64,000 nucleotides of DNA from the NCBI RefSeq assembly GCF_004010195.1, contig NC_057751.1, positions 2,083,305-2,147,304 on the forward strand, written 5' to 3'. The stretch comes from Chiloscyllium plagiosum (Eukaryota). Position numbers and translations under genes: made by a program. How positions within the stretch are numbered: position 1 is the first letter of the stretch; each line of letters starts with the position of its first letter. Positions 26,980 to 40,089 of the stretch are shown here, one piece after another. The notes under the pieces are model-generated. The model saw nothing but the letters and a program-made list of their open reading frames with translations, did no database searches and was not told where the DNA came from.

Positions 26980-27925
26980 GTTGATGGACAAGATAATAGC
27001 AAATGATGTTGGGGATAATATCAGCATTATAAAGATAATTTAGTGAACAGAAAGGGTTAAATGGGTGATTTGTTTTTCATATTTGCTGACTGTAACGAGT
27101 AGACAACCACATGAGTAACTGTTGAAATCGTAAATATTTACAATCTATATCAATGATTTGGATGAGGGGGAAAGAATGATTAATTTATAAATGCTAATTT
27201 TACTGATTACACCAAATTGGTAGGAAAGCAAGTTGGGTAAGAGGAGGCACAAACTTTACAAAGGAGTACAAAAATGTTTAGCAAGTGGGCAAACATTTTC
27301 CAAATCAAGCATAATGTGGTCATGTGAATAGTCTGTTTTTGTCAGGAATATAAAAATGGCAAAGTATTCAAATACGGAGTTTGCAGGAGAATGATAGAAC
27401 GGAATTTGCATTCAGATATATCAAGTGATTGGGAAGGCAAACAAAATGTTGATACTTATTGTTAAGAGCAGATTAATTTGTGGCTGAGGAGCTGGTGCAG
27501 GGGGCAGGGATTCACATTTTTGGACCATGGGAATATAAGACCATAAGACATAGGAGTGGCCCATCAAGTCCACTCTGCCATTTAATCATATGGGCATTTC
27601 AACTCCACTTACCCACACTTTCCCCGTAGCCCTTAATTCCTTGAGAGATCAAGAATTTATCAATCTCTGGCTTGAAAACATTTAACGTCCCGGCCTCCAC
27701 TGCGCTTCTGGGATAGAAGTGACCTGTATATGAAGGACAGTTTATACGTGAGTTAGAGGCGAACTGGCAGGGAAATTTGCAGGTGCTACTCGGGAGGCTT
27801 TAAACTAGTAAGGTGGAGGGGAGAGAGCCCAAAGAGATAGTGAGAAAAGATAAGCTTGTGGCTGGTACAATTGAGAACAGGAGCAAGTCAAATAGTCAAG
27901 GCAGGCAACAGCAAGACAGAGAACA
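26980..27925 (+). mobile_element. Decayed CR1 remnants (RT and ORF1), with a minus-strand CR1 tail at about 27533-27703
   Basis: tggctgaggagctggtgcagggggcagggattcacatttttggaccatggg resembles ORF1 at 860-960; (ccataaga) tail repeats. Confidence 0.6.
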
Positions 27926-29075
27926 ACTGTCAGCCCCTGAAACAAGGTCGTGACAAGCCATGTTGACCTCCCAAAATGTCTATGTAGATTTTATTCACAC
28001 ATTGTACACAGCCATTTGCTGTGGTTGGGTTTCATTCTACACTCTTATTTTTGTGTCATGTTGGAGGGGTGAGAATGAATGAATCTAAAAAAAAAACAAA
28101 ATGCAAGTAGTATTCAGCCAACCCTAAAAATAAGTTCAATATCACCATTGAAGATTCAACCTCTCCACAGGGCCTCCCAGGAGGTTTGTATTCATTCTCA
28201 CAATACTGCATTGTTGTTTTCTTATCAGCAGATCTTAAACTCTGAGCCAGTTTCAGGTTGAGCTTCTGAAAGGTGATGTGACATCAACACCGGAAACCAA
28301 TTCCAACATTAATGAAATAAGTGGAAAAACTTTCTATAGTTTTGATTTTACCTCATGCTAGAGTTCAAAATGTTAAAACTTAAAATTCATTTCATAAAGT
28401 ACCTCACTTTAACTTCAATGTACTTGTTCTCATATGAGGTAAAAATCAATTGATGCTTCACAATAAATAAAATTAAATCTTACCTGGCAACCTGGTTCTG
28501 CTGGTGAATAATTCAGTTGACAAACAGTTACAGAGCAGTGGAAGAGCATGACTTTTTTCCATTCACTGGATGCAATGCCATTTCCCATGATCACAATTCA
28601 TAGAAACACCCTTCCCTCAGGCTGCTCTGATATTTAAAAGAAACGCTGTGCCACAGAATTACATCTGTCCTTTTGTACTGCAGAGACACCAACAAGAGGA
28701 ATACAAATTAGGATGGCGTTCAACTCTTCTCAGCTCATCCTGCAGTTCTTGCCTTTCATCAACCACTCAAGTGAAAGATGAAAGGTTTTTACTGCCACTA
28801 CCTGACCCACAACGTAATGAGCAATCTTTCATATCATGGATAATTAGGGTAATCAGGAATCTGAACATGCATGTGATCAACTTTGGTGGCCCAAATAGAG
28901 GATGAGCTGCAGAACACAACTTTGGCATTTTTTATTCAAATTGTGCAGGACCTCATGGCCAACTAAATATATATACACTTTGCTGAGAGCAGCAAATACA
29001 GACAAAATTGCATTAAGTGAACAACTGTGAGCTCAACTTGCTGGCAGTGAAACCACATTTCACTACTTGAAATTA

Positions 29076-29390
29076 TGATTAGATTACTTACAGTGTGGAA
29101 ACAGGCCCTTCGGCCCAACAAGTCCACACCGACCTGCTGAAGTGTAACCCACCCAGACCCATTCCCCTATATTTACCCCTTCACCGAACACCACGGCAAT
29201 TTAGTATGGCCAATTCACTTAACTGCACATTTTTGGACTGTGGGAGGAAACCAGAGCACCCGGAAGAAACCCACACAGACACGGGGAGAATGTGCAAACT
29301 CCACACAGTCAGTCGCCTGAGGCAGGAATTGAACCCCGGTCTCTAGCACTGTGAGGTAGCAGTGCTAACCACTGTGCTACCATGCCGCCC
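29076..29390 (-). mobile_element. V-SINE (HE1-like), full length
   Basis: Reverse complement of the 14129 and 46885 elements; ends catgccgccc. Confidence 0.9.
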
Positions 29391-30044
29391 AACACCGCTA
29401 TGTTCGTCTTTCTTTTTCCAAAGATCCATTCCCTTCACTCACTTGTCAAATTGAATGTTGAATTAGACTTGTCTCAGCCTCTAACTAAGATGTAAATTCT
29501 GCAATTTTGTAATTGTTTGCTCTGCTCTCTATATTTCATATACCGGCTAGAACTGCTTCATTGCTTCACCAATATCAGTGATTGCAGCAAAGGTAGGAAA
29601 GCATTGGCAGCATCATAATTCTCTGAGGATTAAAAATTAACCAGGTTATGCACTCATGTCATGCCCACCAGAATGCATTCATTTGGCATGATTGAAAAGT
29701 GGTTGACGGCAGAATTCCACCTCAGTATCTGTGTCCCACCAGAACCATCATTCCCCCAAACGCCATTTTTAAAACCTTACTTCAGAGTAGTATTTCAGCA
29801 CAAACCAAGAATCAAAGCTGGTTGACAGTGGCAGGCAGTATTCATCAACCAAGAAACTGGATGTGAAAAATAGTTTACTTCTAAAACCAAAAACCTGAGG
29901 GTGCTGAACATCATAAATGAAAAGAATTAATTGTTGAAATATTCAGCAGATCAGGGTATCCCTGCAGAAACCATTCAGGGCAGAAGAGTGGGCCTACATG
30001 GAAAGCTTGTCTGACGGCAACTCACCTGGTTACTGATACATCAA

Positions 30045-31215
30045 GTAGGAACAAATTATTGCAGATGCTAGAATCTGGACTGAAAACAACAAATGCCGGA
30101 GGTCACAGTGGGTCAGATAGCATCCATGAAGAGGAAACAAGCTAACATTTCCAGTCTAGATGACTCTTCATCAGAGCTGAAGTGAAGAGTGGAGGGGACA
30201 ACATTTATGCTATAGTTTGGGGGGAGGGCAGGAGGGTGCTGGTGGAGAAAAGATGTTGATAGTTCTGATTAAATGATTGGAATGTGAGAATGGTGTGTCT
30301 GCTGCCAGACTTGAAAGGACAGACAGTCCCACTGAGATGGGGAAGTGCAGTAGAGGACATGACAACAGAATGCAAGGTAAAAGAAAGGGAAGAAATGGTA
30401 GTTCATTCACAGTTTGAAGGTATTAAGTCCAGAAGGTTGTAAGGTGCCTCGTCTGAAGATGAGATGCTGTCCCTCCAATTTGCGTTGGGATTCGCTGGAA
30501 CACTCAGCATGTCGAGGACAGGCAAATGGGTATGTGAGCAGGATGCTGTGTGCAAAAGATCGGCTACAAGAAGATCTGGGTCATACTTGTGCACAGACCA
30601 GAGATGTTCCGCAAAGCAATCACCCAGTCTGCATTTGATTTCTTCAATATAGAGCAGGCCACAGTGGTTGCAGTGAATACAATACACAAGATTGGAGGAG
30701 ATGCAGGTGAAATGCTGCTTCACCTGGAAGGGTTTTAGGCCCTTGGATGGTGAGCAGGGAGGAGGTGAAGTGGCAGGTGTTGCACTTTCTGTAGTTAACA
30801 TTGGAAGGTGCTGTGGGAAGGGGCAGGAGTTAGATTTGGTGGTTGTGGAATGGACTCAGGTACCCCTGAGTGACCAATCCCTGTAAAATGCAAACCGGGA
30901 ACGTGAGGGGCAGATGTGTTTGGTGGTGGTGTTGTGTTGGAGTTCTCTGAAACAGTGGAAAATGATCCTTTAGAAGCGGAGGCTGATGGGAAGAAAAGTG
31001 AGTTTAAAGGGAACCCGATCATGCTGTTGTGAGTGATGGGAAGGGGTAAGGGCAGAAGCATGGATGAGAGGTTGGATATGTTTGAGGGCCCTGTTAACCT
31101 CGGTGGTTGGGAAACCACGGTCATGGAAGAAACAAGCCATTTTAGCTGCATTGCTTTGGAAGATGGCACCATCTGAACAAATGTGATGGAGATCAAGGAA
31201 CTGGGAGAATGTGAT
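30045..31215 (-). mobile_element. Penelope-like element 3' fragment (RT end, GIY-YIG, pseudo-LTR)
   Basis: FQVKQHFTCISSNLVYCIHCNHCGLLYIEEIKCRLGDCFAEHL; minus-strand hammerhead-like gct-CTGATGA-agagtcatctagactg-GAAATGTT-agc at ~30141-30178. Confidence 0.82.
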
Positions 31216-31220
31216 GAAAG

Positions 31221-31640
31221 GATTCTGGGTAATCCAAGATGGAGGACAAAAAAACCTTGCGGCTGTAAGAGTTGCTCCTCTTTGGTGGTATTTTCAGTGT
31301 TAGAGCTGATTTCCTCAACTTCTAGGAGCAATACTTACTGTTTTATAAGGTGCTGCATTGTTTTGGAATTTTGGGGAAAAAATTGAAACAACGGCACTTT
31401 AAAAAAGGATGAAGGGAGACAAAAGCAGTGACCACATGGTGGAAGTGAATCATAGAGAACGAATCCGACACTACTGTGGTCCAGCAGTGTACCTTCACAG
31501 TTACTGCCTCTGCTGTTTGATTTCAAGTACTTCTGCATATCAGAGTTTTTCTCAGAAAAATAAACAAGCAGTGAAATTCACGGCTTACCTTGGAAAAACC
31601 AATGTGGGGAGATCACTGCAGGAGAGCAGCTAAGTGGCTA
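31221..31640 (+). mobile_element. Isolated copy of a CR1 5'-UTR-like sequence
   Basis: attctgggtaatccaagatggaggac... is shared with 32995-33380. Confidence 0.7.
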
Positions 31641-32064
31641 CTTTTTTTTGGAAATCTACTTGAGTTGAGAAGACTGAGCAGTCACTTGACTGATGTATGT
31701 ACAATCCTCAATGGTGCTGACAAGGTGGATTTGGAAAAATGCTTCCTCTTCTGCAGCAGTCAAGAATTAGGTGATAGTGTTTTGAAAATAAATGGATGCA
31801 AAGGCATGTTTTTTCCCCAAAGGCTTGTGGAATTTTGGAACCCACTGCCTCAGAAGGTGGTGCAGGAGGGGTCATTAAATATTCTTAAGGCTGAGGGAAT
31901 CACATCTTCTGCAAGGGAATCACATGTTATCGCAGTAGGAAGAACTATGAAATTCAAAATACAAACCAATCAGCAATTATCTTCATGCATGGCAGAGTAG
32001 GTTTGAGGGACTGAACGGCTTACTTTTGTTCCGAATGTTGTGTGCTTGCAACAATCAGCTGGAA

Positions 32065-32995
32065 CTTGCTGGACAATTGAATACAAAATTGACTTGAAGG
32101 TTGGAGACAGATGGTGCCGGTTGTTTTTCGAACTGGAGGCCTGTGACTGGGTCCACTGCAGTTCATCATTTATATAAATTATTTGGATGTGAATATAGGA
32201 AGTATGTTTTGTAAGTTTGCAAATGACACGAAATTGGAGGTATGGTGGACAGTGAAAAAGAGTATCTCAGAGTACAACAGGACCTTGATCAGATGGGCCA
32301 ATGGGCTGAGGAATATCAGATGGAGTTTAATTTAGATCAATTTGAAGAGTTGCATTTTGGTAAGGCAAATCAGGGTAAGACTTACACACATAGTGGTAAG
32401 GTCCTGGGGAATGTTGCTGAATAAAGAGACCTTGGTGCGCAGGTTCATAGTTCCTTGAAGGTGGAGTCACAGGTAGATGGGGTCATGAAGAAGGCATTTG
32501 GTATGCTTTCCTTTATTGGTCAGTGCATTGAGTAGAGGAGTTGAAATGTCATGTTGCAGCTGTGCAGGACATTTGTTCAGCCACTTCTGGAATACCATAT
32601 TCAATTCTGGTCTCCCTGCTATCACAATGATGTTGTTAAACACGAAAGGGTTCAGAAAAGATTTACAAAGATGCTGCCAGGGTTAGAGGATTTGAGCTTT
32701 AGGGAGAAGATGAACAGGCTGGGCTACTTTCTCTGGAGGCTGAGGGGTGACCTTATAGAGGTTTATAAAATCATTAGGGATATGGATGGTGTAAATTAAC
32801 AAGGTCATCTCCCCAGGGTAGTGGAGTCCAGAACTACAGGGCATAGGTTTAAGGTGAGAGGCGAAAATTTTAAAAGGGTACTCAAGGGCAACTTGTTCAC
32901 ACAGAGGGTGGTGTGTGTATGGAATGTGCCGACAGAGGATGTGGTGGAGACTGTCACAATGACAACATTTAAAAGGCATCTGGATGGGTATATGA
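32065..32995 (+). mobile_element. CR1-type 3' fragment; its tail resumes at 37495-37628
   Basis: Host reads gggtatatga|...|aataggaaggg across the larger insertion. Confidence 0.85.
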
Positions 32996-33733
32996 TTCTG
33001 GGTAATCCAAGATGGAGGACAGGAAAAATTTCTGGCTATAAGAGCTGCTCCTTTCTTTGAGGTATTTTAGGTGCTGGAGGTGATTTCCTCTAATTCCAGG
33101 AGCAGCAATTACTGATTTATATGCTGTTGCATTGTTTTGGAACTTTGGAAAAAAAAGTCAAAGGGAGAAGAGCAAACAAAGGAAGCACATGGTGAGGACA
33201 GTGCAGGAGAGAGAGAGAGAGGGAGGGAGAGAGAGAGAGAGAGAACCCGCACAGTTAATGCCTTTGCTGTTTTTGAATTCATGTGTCGCTGGACATTCGA
33301 GTGCATCTGGGAAAATTAACAAACAGTGAAATTCACAACTAATCTTGGAGGAACCGGTGTGGGCGAAGTTCACAGCACAGAATCAGATAAGTTAATTGTT
33401 GTTTTAAGTCAGTCCAAGAGAAAGGCTGTATCAGTGAGTACAGTGGGTTCTTTCTTGATTATATGTTTTTGGAGATAAGTCTCTTGATTAAACTTAAAAT
33501 ATAAGCCATAGCTCTTAATTTAACCTGGTGCAATGTTTTGTAGAGGAATAAGACAGTATTATTTTCTAGGTCTGTAGATTGTGAAGGAGCAAAAATGGCC
33601 TTTGCAGTGATATGTATTTCTTGTCAGATGTGGGAGTTTAAAGAGAGTTTAAGGGTTACTGCGGATTATATCTGCCATAAATGCTGTTGGATGCGAATCT
33701 TATCAGATCGAGTGGATCGGTTGGAGAGACAGA

Positions 33734-34364
33734 NNNNNNNNNNNNNNNNNNNNNNNNNNNNNNNNNNNNNNNNNNNNNNNNNNNNNNNNNNNNNNNNNNN
33801 NNNNNNNNNNNNNNNNNNNNNNNNNNNNNNNNNNNNNNNNNNNNNNNNNNNNNNNNNNNNNNNNNNNNNNNNNNNNNNNNNNNNNNNNNNNNNNNNNNNN
33901 NNNNNNNNNNNNNNNNNNNNNNNNNNNNNNNNNNNNNNNNNNNNNNNNNNNNNNNNNNNNNNNNNNNNNNNNNNNNNNNNNNNNNNNNNNNNNNNNNNNN
34001 NNNNNNNNNNNNNNNNNNNNNNNNNNNNNNNNNNNNNNNNNNNNNNNNNNNNNNNNNNNNNNNNNNNNNNNNNNNNNNNNNNNNNNNNNNNNNNNNNNNN
34101 NNNNNNNNNNNNNNNNNNNNNNNNNNNNNNNNNNNNNNNNNNNNNNNNNNNNNNNNNNNNNNNNNNNNNNNNNNNNNNNNNNNNNNNNNNNNNNNNNNNN
34201 NNNNNNNNNNNNNNNNNNNNNNNNNNNNNNNNNNNNNNNNNNNNNNNNNNNNNNNNNNNNNNNNNNNNNNNNNNNNNNNNNNNNNNNNNNNNNNNNNNNN
34301 NNNNNNNNNNNNNNNNNNNNNNNNNNNNNNNNNNNNNNNNNNNNNNNNNNNNNNNNNNNNNNNN
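33734..34364. other. Assembly gap (a second 10-N gap lies at 36203-36212)
   Basis: Runs of N. Confidence 1.
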
Positions 34365-35315
34365 TGAGGGGAATGTCCACAGGGGATCTCTGCACTGTCT
34401 GACTGTCCCCTTTCCTCCCCCTGACTGTAATCCATCTATCCTTATCCTGAGCTAGGGGCCTAACAGGGAAGGCAGATGAATTCAGGGCATGGTTAGGAAC
34501 ATGGGACTGGGATATCATAGCAATTACGGAAACATGGCTCAGGGATGGGCAGGACTGGCAGCTTAATGTTCCAGGATACAAATGCTACAGGAAGGATAGA
34601 AAGGGAGGCAAGAGAGGAGGAGGAGTGGCATTTTTGATAAGGGATAGCATTACAGCTGTTCTGAGAGAGGATATTCCCAGAAATACATCCAGGGAAGTTA
34701 TTTGGATGGAACTGAGAAATAAGAAAGGATGATCGCCTGATTGGGATCGTATTATAGATCCCCTAATAGCCAGAGGGAAATTGAGAATCAAACTTGTAAG
34801 GAGATCGCAGCTATCTGTAAGAATAATAGGATGGTTAATGGTTGGGGATTTTAACTTTCCAAACATAGACTGGGACTGCCATAGTGTTAAAGGTTTAGAT
34901 GGAGAGGAATTTCTTAAGTGTGTACAAGAGAATTTTCTGATTCAGTATGTGGATGTACCTACTAGAGAAGGTGCAAAACTTGACCTACTCTTGGGAAATA
35001 AGGCAGGGCAGGTGACTGAGGTGTCAGGAGCGGAGAACTTTGGGGCCAGCAACCATAATTCTATTCGTTTTAAAATCGTGATGGAAAAGGATAGACCAGA
35101 CCTAAAAGTTGAAGTTCGAAATTGGAGAAAGACGGTATTAGGCAAGAGCTTTGAAAAGCTGATTGGGGGCAGATGTTCGCAGGTAAAAGGACGGCTGGAA
35201 AATGGGAAGCCTTCAGAAATGTGATAACGAGAATCCAGAAAAAATATATTCCTGTTAGGATGAAAGGAAAGGCTGGTAGGCATAGGGAATGCTGGATGAC
35301 TAAAGAAATTGAGGG

Positions 35316-35467
35316 CTGAAAATGTGTTGCTCGAAAAGCGCAGCAGGTCAGGCAGCATCCAAGGAGCAGGAGAATCGACGTTTCGGGCATGAGCCCTTCT
35401 TCCCGGCGAGACATCGAACAATTCTTCCGCCGCCTTCGCCTCCGCGCCAAAAACAAAAAACACCTGC
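35316..35467. mobile_element. Chimeric PLE insertion: inverted family-A pLTR joined to a short PLE-ORF-like segment
   Basis: 16-bp TSD ctaaagaaattgaggg at 35300-35315 and 35468-35483. Confidence 0.8.
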
Positions 35468-37204
35468 CTAAAGAAATTGAGGGTTTGGTTAAGAAAAAGG
35501 AAGTATATGTCAGGTATAGATAGGATAGATCAAGTGAATCCTTAGAAGAGTATAAAGGAAGGAGGAGTATACTTAAGAGGGAAATTAGGAGGGCAAAAAG
35601 GGGATATTAGATAGCTTTGGCAAATAGAATTAAGGAGAATCCAAAGGGTTTTTGCAAATATATCAAGGACAAAAGGGTAACTAGGGAGAGAATAGGGCCC
35701 CTCAAAGATCAGCAAGGTGGCCTTTGTGTGGAACCACAGAAAATGGGGGAGATACTAAATGAATATTTTGCATCAGTATTTACTGTGGAAAAGGATATGG
35801 AAGATATAGACTATAGGGAAATAGATGATGACATCTTGCAAAATGTCCAGATTACAGAGGAGGAAGTGCTGGGTGTCTTAAAAAGGTTAAAGGTGGATAA
35901 ATCCCCAGGACCTGATCAGGTGTACCCGAGAACTCTGTGGGAAGCTAGAGAAGTGATTGCTGGGCCCCTTGCTGAGATATTTGTATCATCGATAGTCACA
36001 GGTGAGGTGCTGGAAGACTGGAGGTTGGCAAACGTGGTGCCTCTGTTTAAGAAGGACGGTAAAGACAAGCCAGGGAACTATGGACTGGTGAGCCTGACCT
36101 CAGTGGTGGGCAAGTTGTTGGAGGGAATCCTGAGGGATAGGATATGCATGTATTTGGAAAGGCAAGGACTGATTAGGGATAGTCAACATGGCTTTGTGTG
36201 TGNNNNNNNNNNAAGATTGATGAGGGCAGAGCAGTAGATGTGATCTATATGGACTTCTGTAAGGCGTTCAACAAGGTTCCCCATGGGAGACTGATTAGTA
36301 AGGTTAGATCTCATGGAATAAAGGAAGAAGTAGCCATTTGGATACAGAATTGGTCAAAGGTAGGAGAGAGAGGGTAATGGTGGAGGGTTGTTTTTCACAC
36401 TGGATGCCTGTGACCAGTAGAGTGCCACAAGGATCGGTGCTAGGTCCGTGAGTTTTCATCATTTATATAAATGATTTGGATGCGAACATAAGAGGTACAG
36501 TTAGTAAGTTTGCAGATGACAGCAAAATTGGAGGTGTGGTGGACAGCGAAGAGGGTTACCTCAGATTACAACAGGATCTGGACCAGATGGGCCAATGGGC
36601 TGAGAAGTGGCAGATGGAGTTTAATTCAGATAAGTGCGAGGTGCTGCATTTTGGGAAAGCAAATCTTAGCAGGACTTCTACACTTAATGGTAAGGTCCTA
36701 GGGAGTGTTGCTAAACAAAGATACCTTGGACTGCGGGTTCATATCTCATTGAAAGTGGAGTTGCAGGTAGATAGGAGAGCGAAGAAGGCATTTGGTATGC
36801 TTTCCTTTATTGGTCAGAGTATTGAGTACAGGAGTTGGGAGGTCATGTTGCGGCTGTACAGGACATTGGTTAGGCCACTGTTGGAATTATGCATGCAATT
36901 CTGGTCTCCTTCCTATCGGAGAGATATTGTGAAACTTGAAAGGGTTCAGAAAAGATTTACAAGGATATTGCCAGGGTTGGAGGATTTGAGGTATTGGGAG
37001 AGGCTGAACAGGCTGGGGCTGTTTTCCTTGGAGCATCGGAGGCTGAGGGGTGACCTTATGGAGGTTTACAAGATAATGAGGGACATGGATAGGATAAATA
37101 AACAAAGTCTTTTTCCTGGGGTCAGGGAGTCCAGAACTAGAGGGCATAGGTTTAGGGTGAGAGGGGAAAGATATAAAAGAGACCTAAGGGGCAACTTTTT
37201 CACG

Positions 37205-37360
37205 TCGGGACAGGCAGCAGAGGAAAGGCTAATGGCTGAAGAAGGGCTAATGCCCGAAACGTTGATTCTCCTGTTCCCTAGATGCTGCCTGACCTGCTGC
37301 GCTTTTCCAGCAACACATTTCCATCTCTGATCTCCAGTATCTGCAGACCTCACTTTCTCC
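37205..37360 (+). mobile_element. Family-A PLE pseudo-LTR with hammerhead core, replacing part of the CR1 3' end
   Basis: CTGAAGAagggctaatgcccGAAACGTT at 37236-37263; no TSD seen. Confidence 0.8.
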
Positions 37361-39234
37361 CTGGGTATTTGAATAGGAAGGGTTTGGAGTGATATGGGCC
37401 AGGTGCTGGCAGGTGGGACTAGATTGGGTTGGGATATCTGGTCGGACCAAAGGTTCTGTTTCCATGCTGTACATCTCTATGACTCTATGACTCTAATAGG
37501 AAGGGTTTCGAGGGATATGGACCAAATGCTGGCAAATAGGACTAGATTAATTGAGCATATCTGGCTGGCATTCACGAGTTGGACTGAAGGGTCTGTTTCC
37601 GAACTGTAAACATCTATGACTTATGACTGAAAGTGAAATTTATCTTATTTTAAGGATCATTAGCTTCTTCATTCATGTGTAATCTGCGCTGATTTTCACT
37701 TGTGTCAAAATGAAGGCTGCAAGTTTGTTGGTAATTTCTGAATTTGAATATCATTGAATATATTTTGTTATCTTGGTTTATGGCTACCCCGCAGAGTGTG
37801 TAACAATATTAGGACTGGGGATTGAATTCTTGATTAGATTTCATTTTAATGGAGCATCTTCAAGGAAGAGAGAATGGAGAGAGATGGAGATCTGTATAAA
37901 GAGATTTCCAAAGTTTGCCACTTGGACAATAATATCTTCCAGCAGGGGAATGTGTTAATTTCATGCAGTGTTGCATGACGCAAGGTTAACTGGAAATATG
38001 TCATCACCAAGTGGTTAATTTTTTACCTGATCTTGTCAAACAATAGTGAACACCCGATCAGTTGTTGTGAAGTTGCCTCTCTTGAGATTATCAGTAATAG
38101 TAATGAATAGCGTGGCTTCTGAAAAGCTCTGAAGTGCTCAAGCAAACTATAACAGCACTGTTTAAAATGAGGATAGATCTTTGCAATTTGAGTGATAAAC
38201 GGACTGTTGTCACAGATTCACTCTGAGAGTAGTCAGTGCATGCCTGCAGGTTAGAGAAAAAGAAATTTTGGTAAATTGGAAAGAGGCTCACTTGAAATAA
38301 TAGGGGGAAAAACTCCAGTTGTAATTCAGTGTCACGCATTTTAAATATTTTGTTTTAACTTTGGAGCATCGACACTAAGGCCATCAACTTGGTGCAATCC
38401 CCTGATTTCAACAAACGGTCATTTCAGCATCTTTACCTGCACTTCTGAGTGGCCTTGGGAATTTATGTTTCCTAGTGTATGGAAGCAAGGTATGCACAAG
38501 AAAAAGAATTGAGACATAGTTGGAGAGCTGTCTCTGAGCTTCAGTTGGGTTTTGCATCTTTGAGAAAAGTACTATTTTAATTCAGAAGGATGATCCTGGG
38601 AGATTTAGAAAAAAAAGTGGGACTGCATTCATTGCAGCAAAGATGAAAAGTAGATTTGAGAATGGTTTTCAAAGTATTGGAGAGTCAATCCAATGGGTTA
38701 AAACTGATTCCATTTGAGAGAGAATCAGTAACAATAAGGTACATCCACGAGATGATCAATGGACAGTTAAAGGGAGCTCAGTACTAAAATTACTATTGAA
38801 TAATTAGTCTTTGAAATTCAGTCATGGTATTTAATGTGCAACATAACTCAAAGATGCAAAATGATAGTGTATACTGTAATTGGAGTGCAAGAATCTGGTG
38901 TGGAGCTAAGACAGACATGGTGAGCTCTGACCTTTTTATGTGCTGTAATTTCGTGGACGTTTTGCAGAGAACAGGCAACCCAAGGCTTTGAAATGTCAGA
39001 GACAATCTCCAGATCTCGAAACAATTTGTCTACATTCTGATGTTTTGGCAAAAGGAATATGTCTTCTACCTTTTAAAATTTATCTCTGTCAATGGAAGGT
39101 ATCTAAGCTTCACACTGATTGGCCTGATCTTTGAACCCAAATTACAATGAAGCCATAAAGGAGGGTCATTACACAATTAAGTTATTCTAAATAAAAATTC
39201 AGAAGTTTGGGAGATAATTATTCTTACATTGTAT

Positions 39235-39595
39235 AATGAGGTATACAAGATAATGAGAAGCATGGATAAAGTCAATAGTCAGAGACTTTTCCCCAGGGCA
39301 GGATTGAAAGGCACAAGGGTTCATAGTTTTAAGATATTAGGAAAAAGGTATGGAGGGGACGTCAGAGGAAGGTTCTTTATGCAGAGAGTTGTGAATGCAT
39401 AGAATGCATTGCCAGTGGTAGTGGTGGAAGCAGAGTTGTTCAGGACATTTGAGCGACTGCTAGACATACACATGGATAGCAGTGAACTGAGGGGTGGATC
39501 GGTTATTTATTTTACATCAGGATTAATCCTCGGCACAATATAGTGGGCCAAAGGGCCTGTTCTGTGCTGTACTTTTCTGTGTTCTATATTCTATA
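39235..39595 (+). mobile_element. CR1-type 3' tail fragment
   Basis: gtatacaagataatgaga...gggcctgttctgtgctgtac...ttctatattcta. Confidence 0.8.
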
Positions 39596-40089
39596 ATGGT
39601 GAAAGATGCATCAACTTTGAATTCCTTCTGTTGATCCTTATCAGTGGAATAGAGTGTTTGAGCATGATGTCCTCCCAGTTCTGTAGAGATGGATGCTCAG
39701 AGCATGATGGACTGACAGTTGTGGATAGCTATGTCACACTGATTGTTTCAGTGAGTTTTGATGATGTGTCTGTGCACATTGGTATGCAGCTGAAACTTTC
39801 AGTGAACCAGTGCCTTGATTATCTGTTAGCAACATCGAATTGTCTCATGAGCTTGTTGTTGGCAAAACAATAAATTCAAACTCGATTGAGTTTTAGTATC
39901 CTGAGACATTATTTAAAATAATCAGTTAAGTTTGAAGTGTTGTCAAAGCAGCAACCAAAACTAAGATATCCATTTCACAACCAAATGTTACATATTTTCA
40001 ATTTCCAGGACACTTTGGGACTGCCATCTTGTCACATACACAGGGGCTTGTAATCTCTCCGTTCAGAGCAGCATTCATTCTCTCTTAGA

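Larger units (their letters stand above)
32996..37494 (+). mobile_element. Near full-length CR1-type LINE (5' UTR, zinc-finger ORF1 start, APE-RT ORF2, tail)
   Basis: ORF1 MAFAVICISCQMWE...YICHKC; VGDFNFPNIDW, LDLLL, KSPGPDQVYP, KFADDS; ctatgactctatgactct tail; contains two N gaps. Confidence 0.9.

Noticed and set aside
33207..33244. GA-rich microsatellite
   Set aside because: Simple repeat inside a CR1 5' UTR
33595..34581. Long ORFs of 228-292 aa
   Set aside because: Artefacts of translating through the N gap
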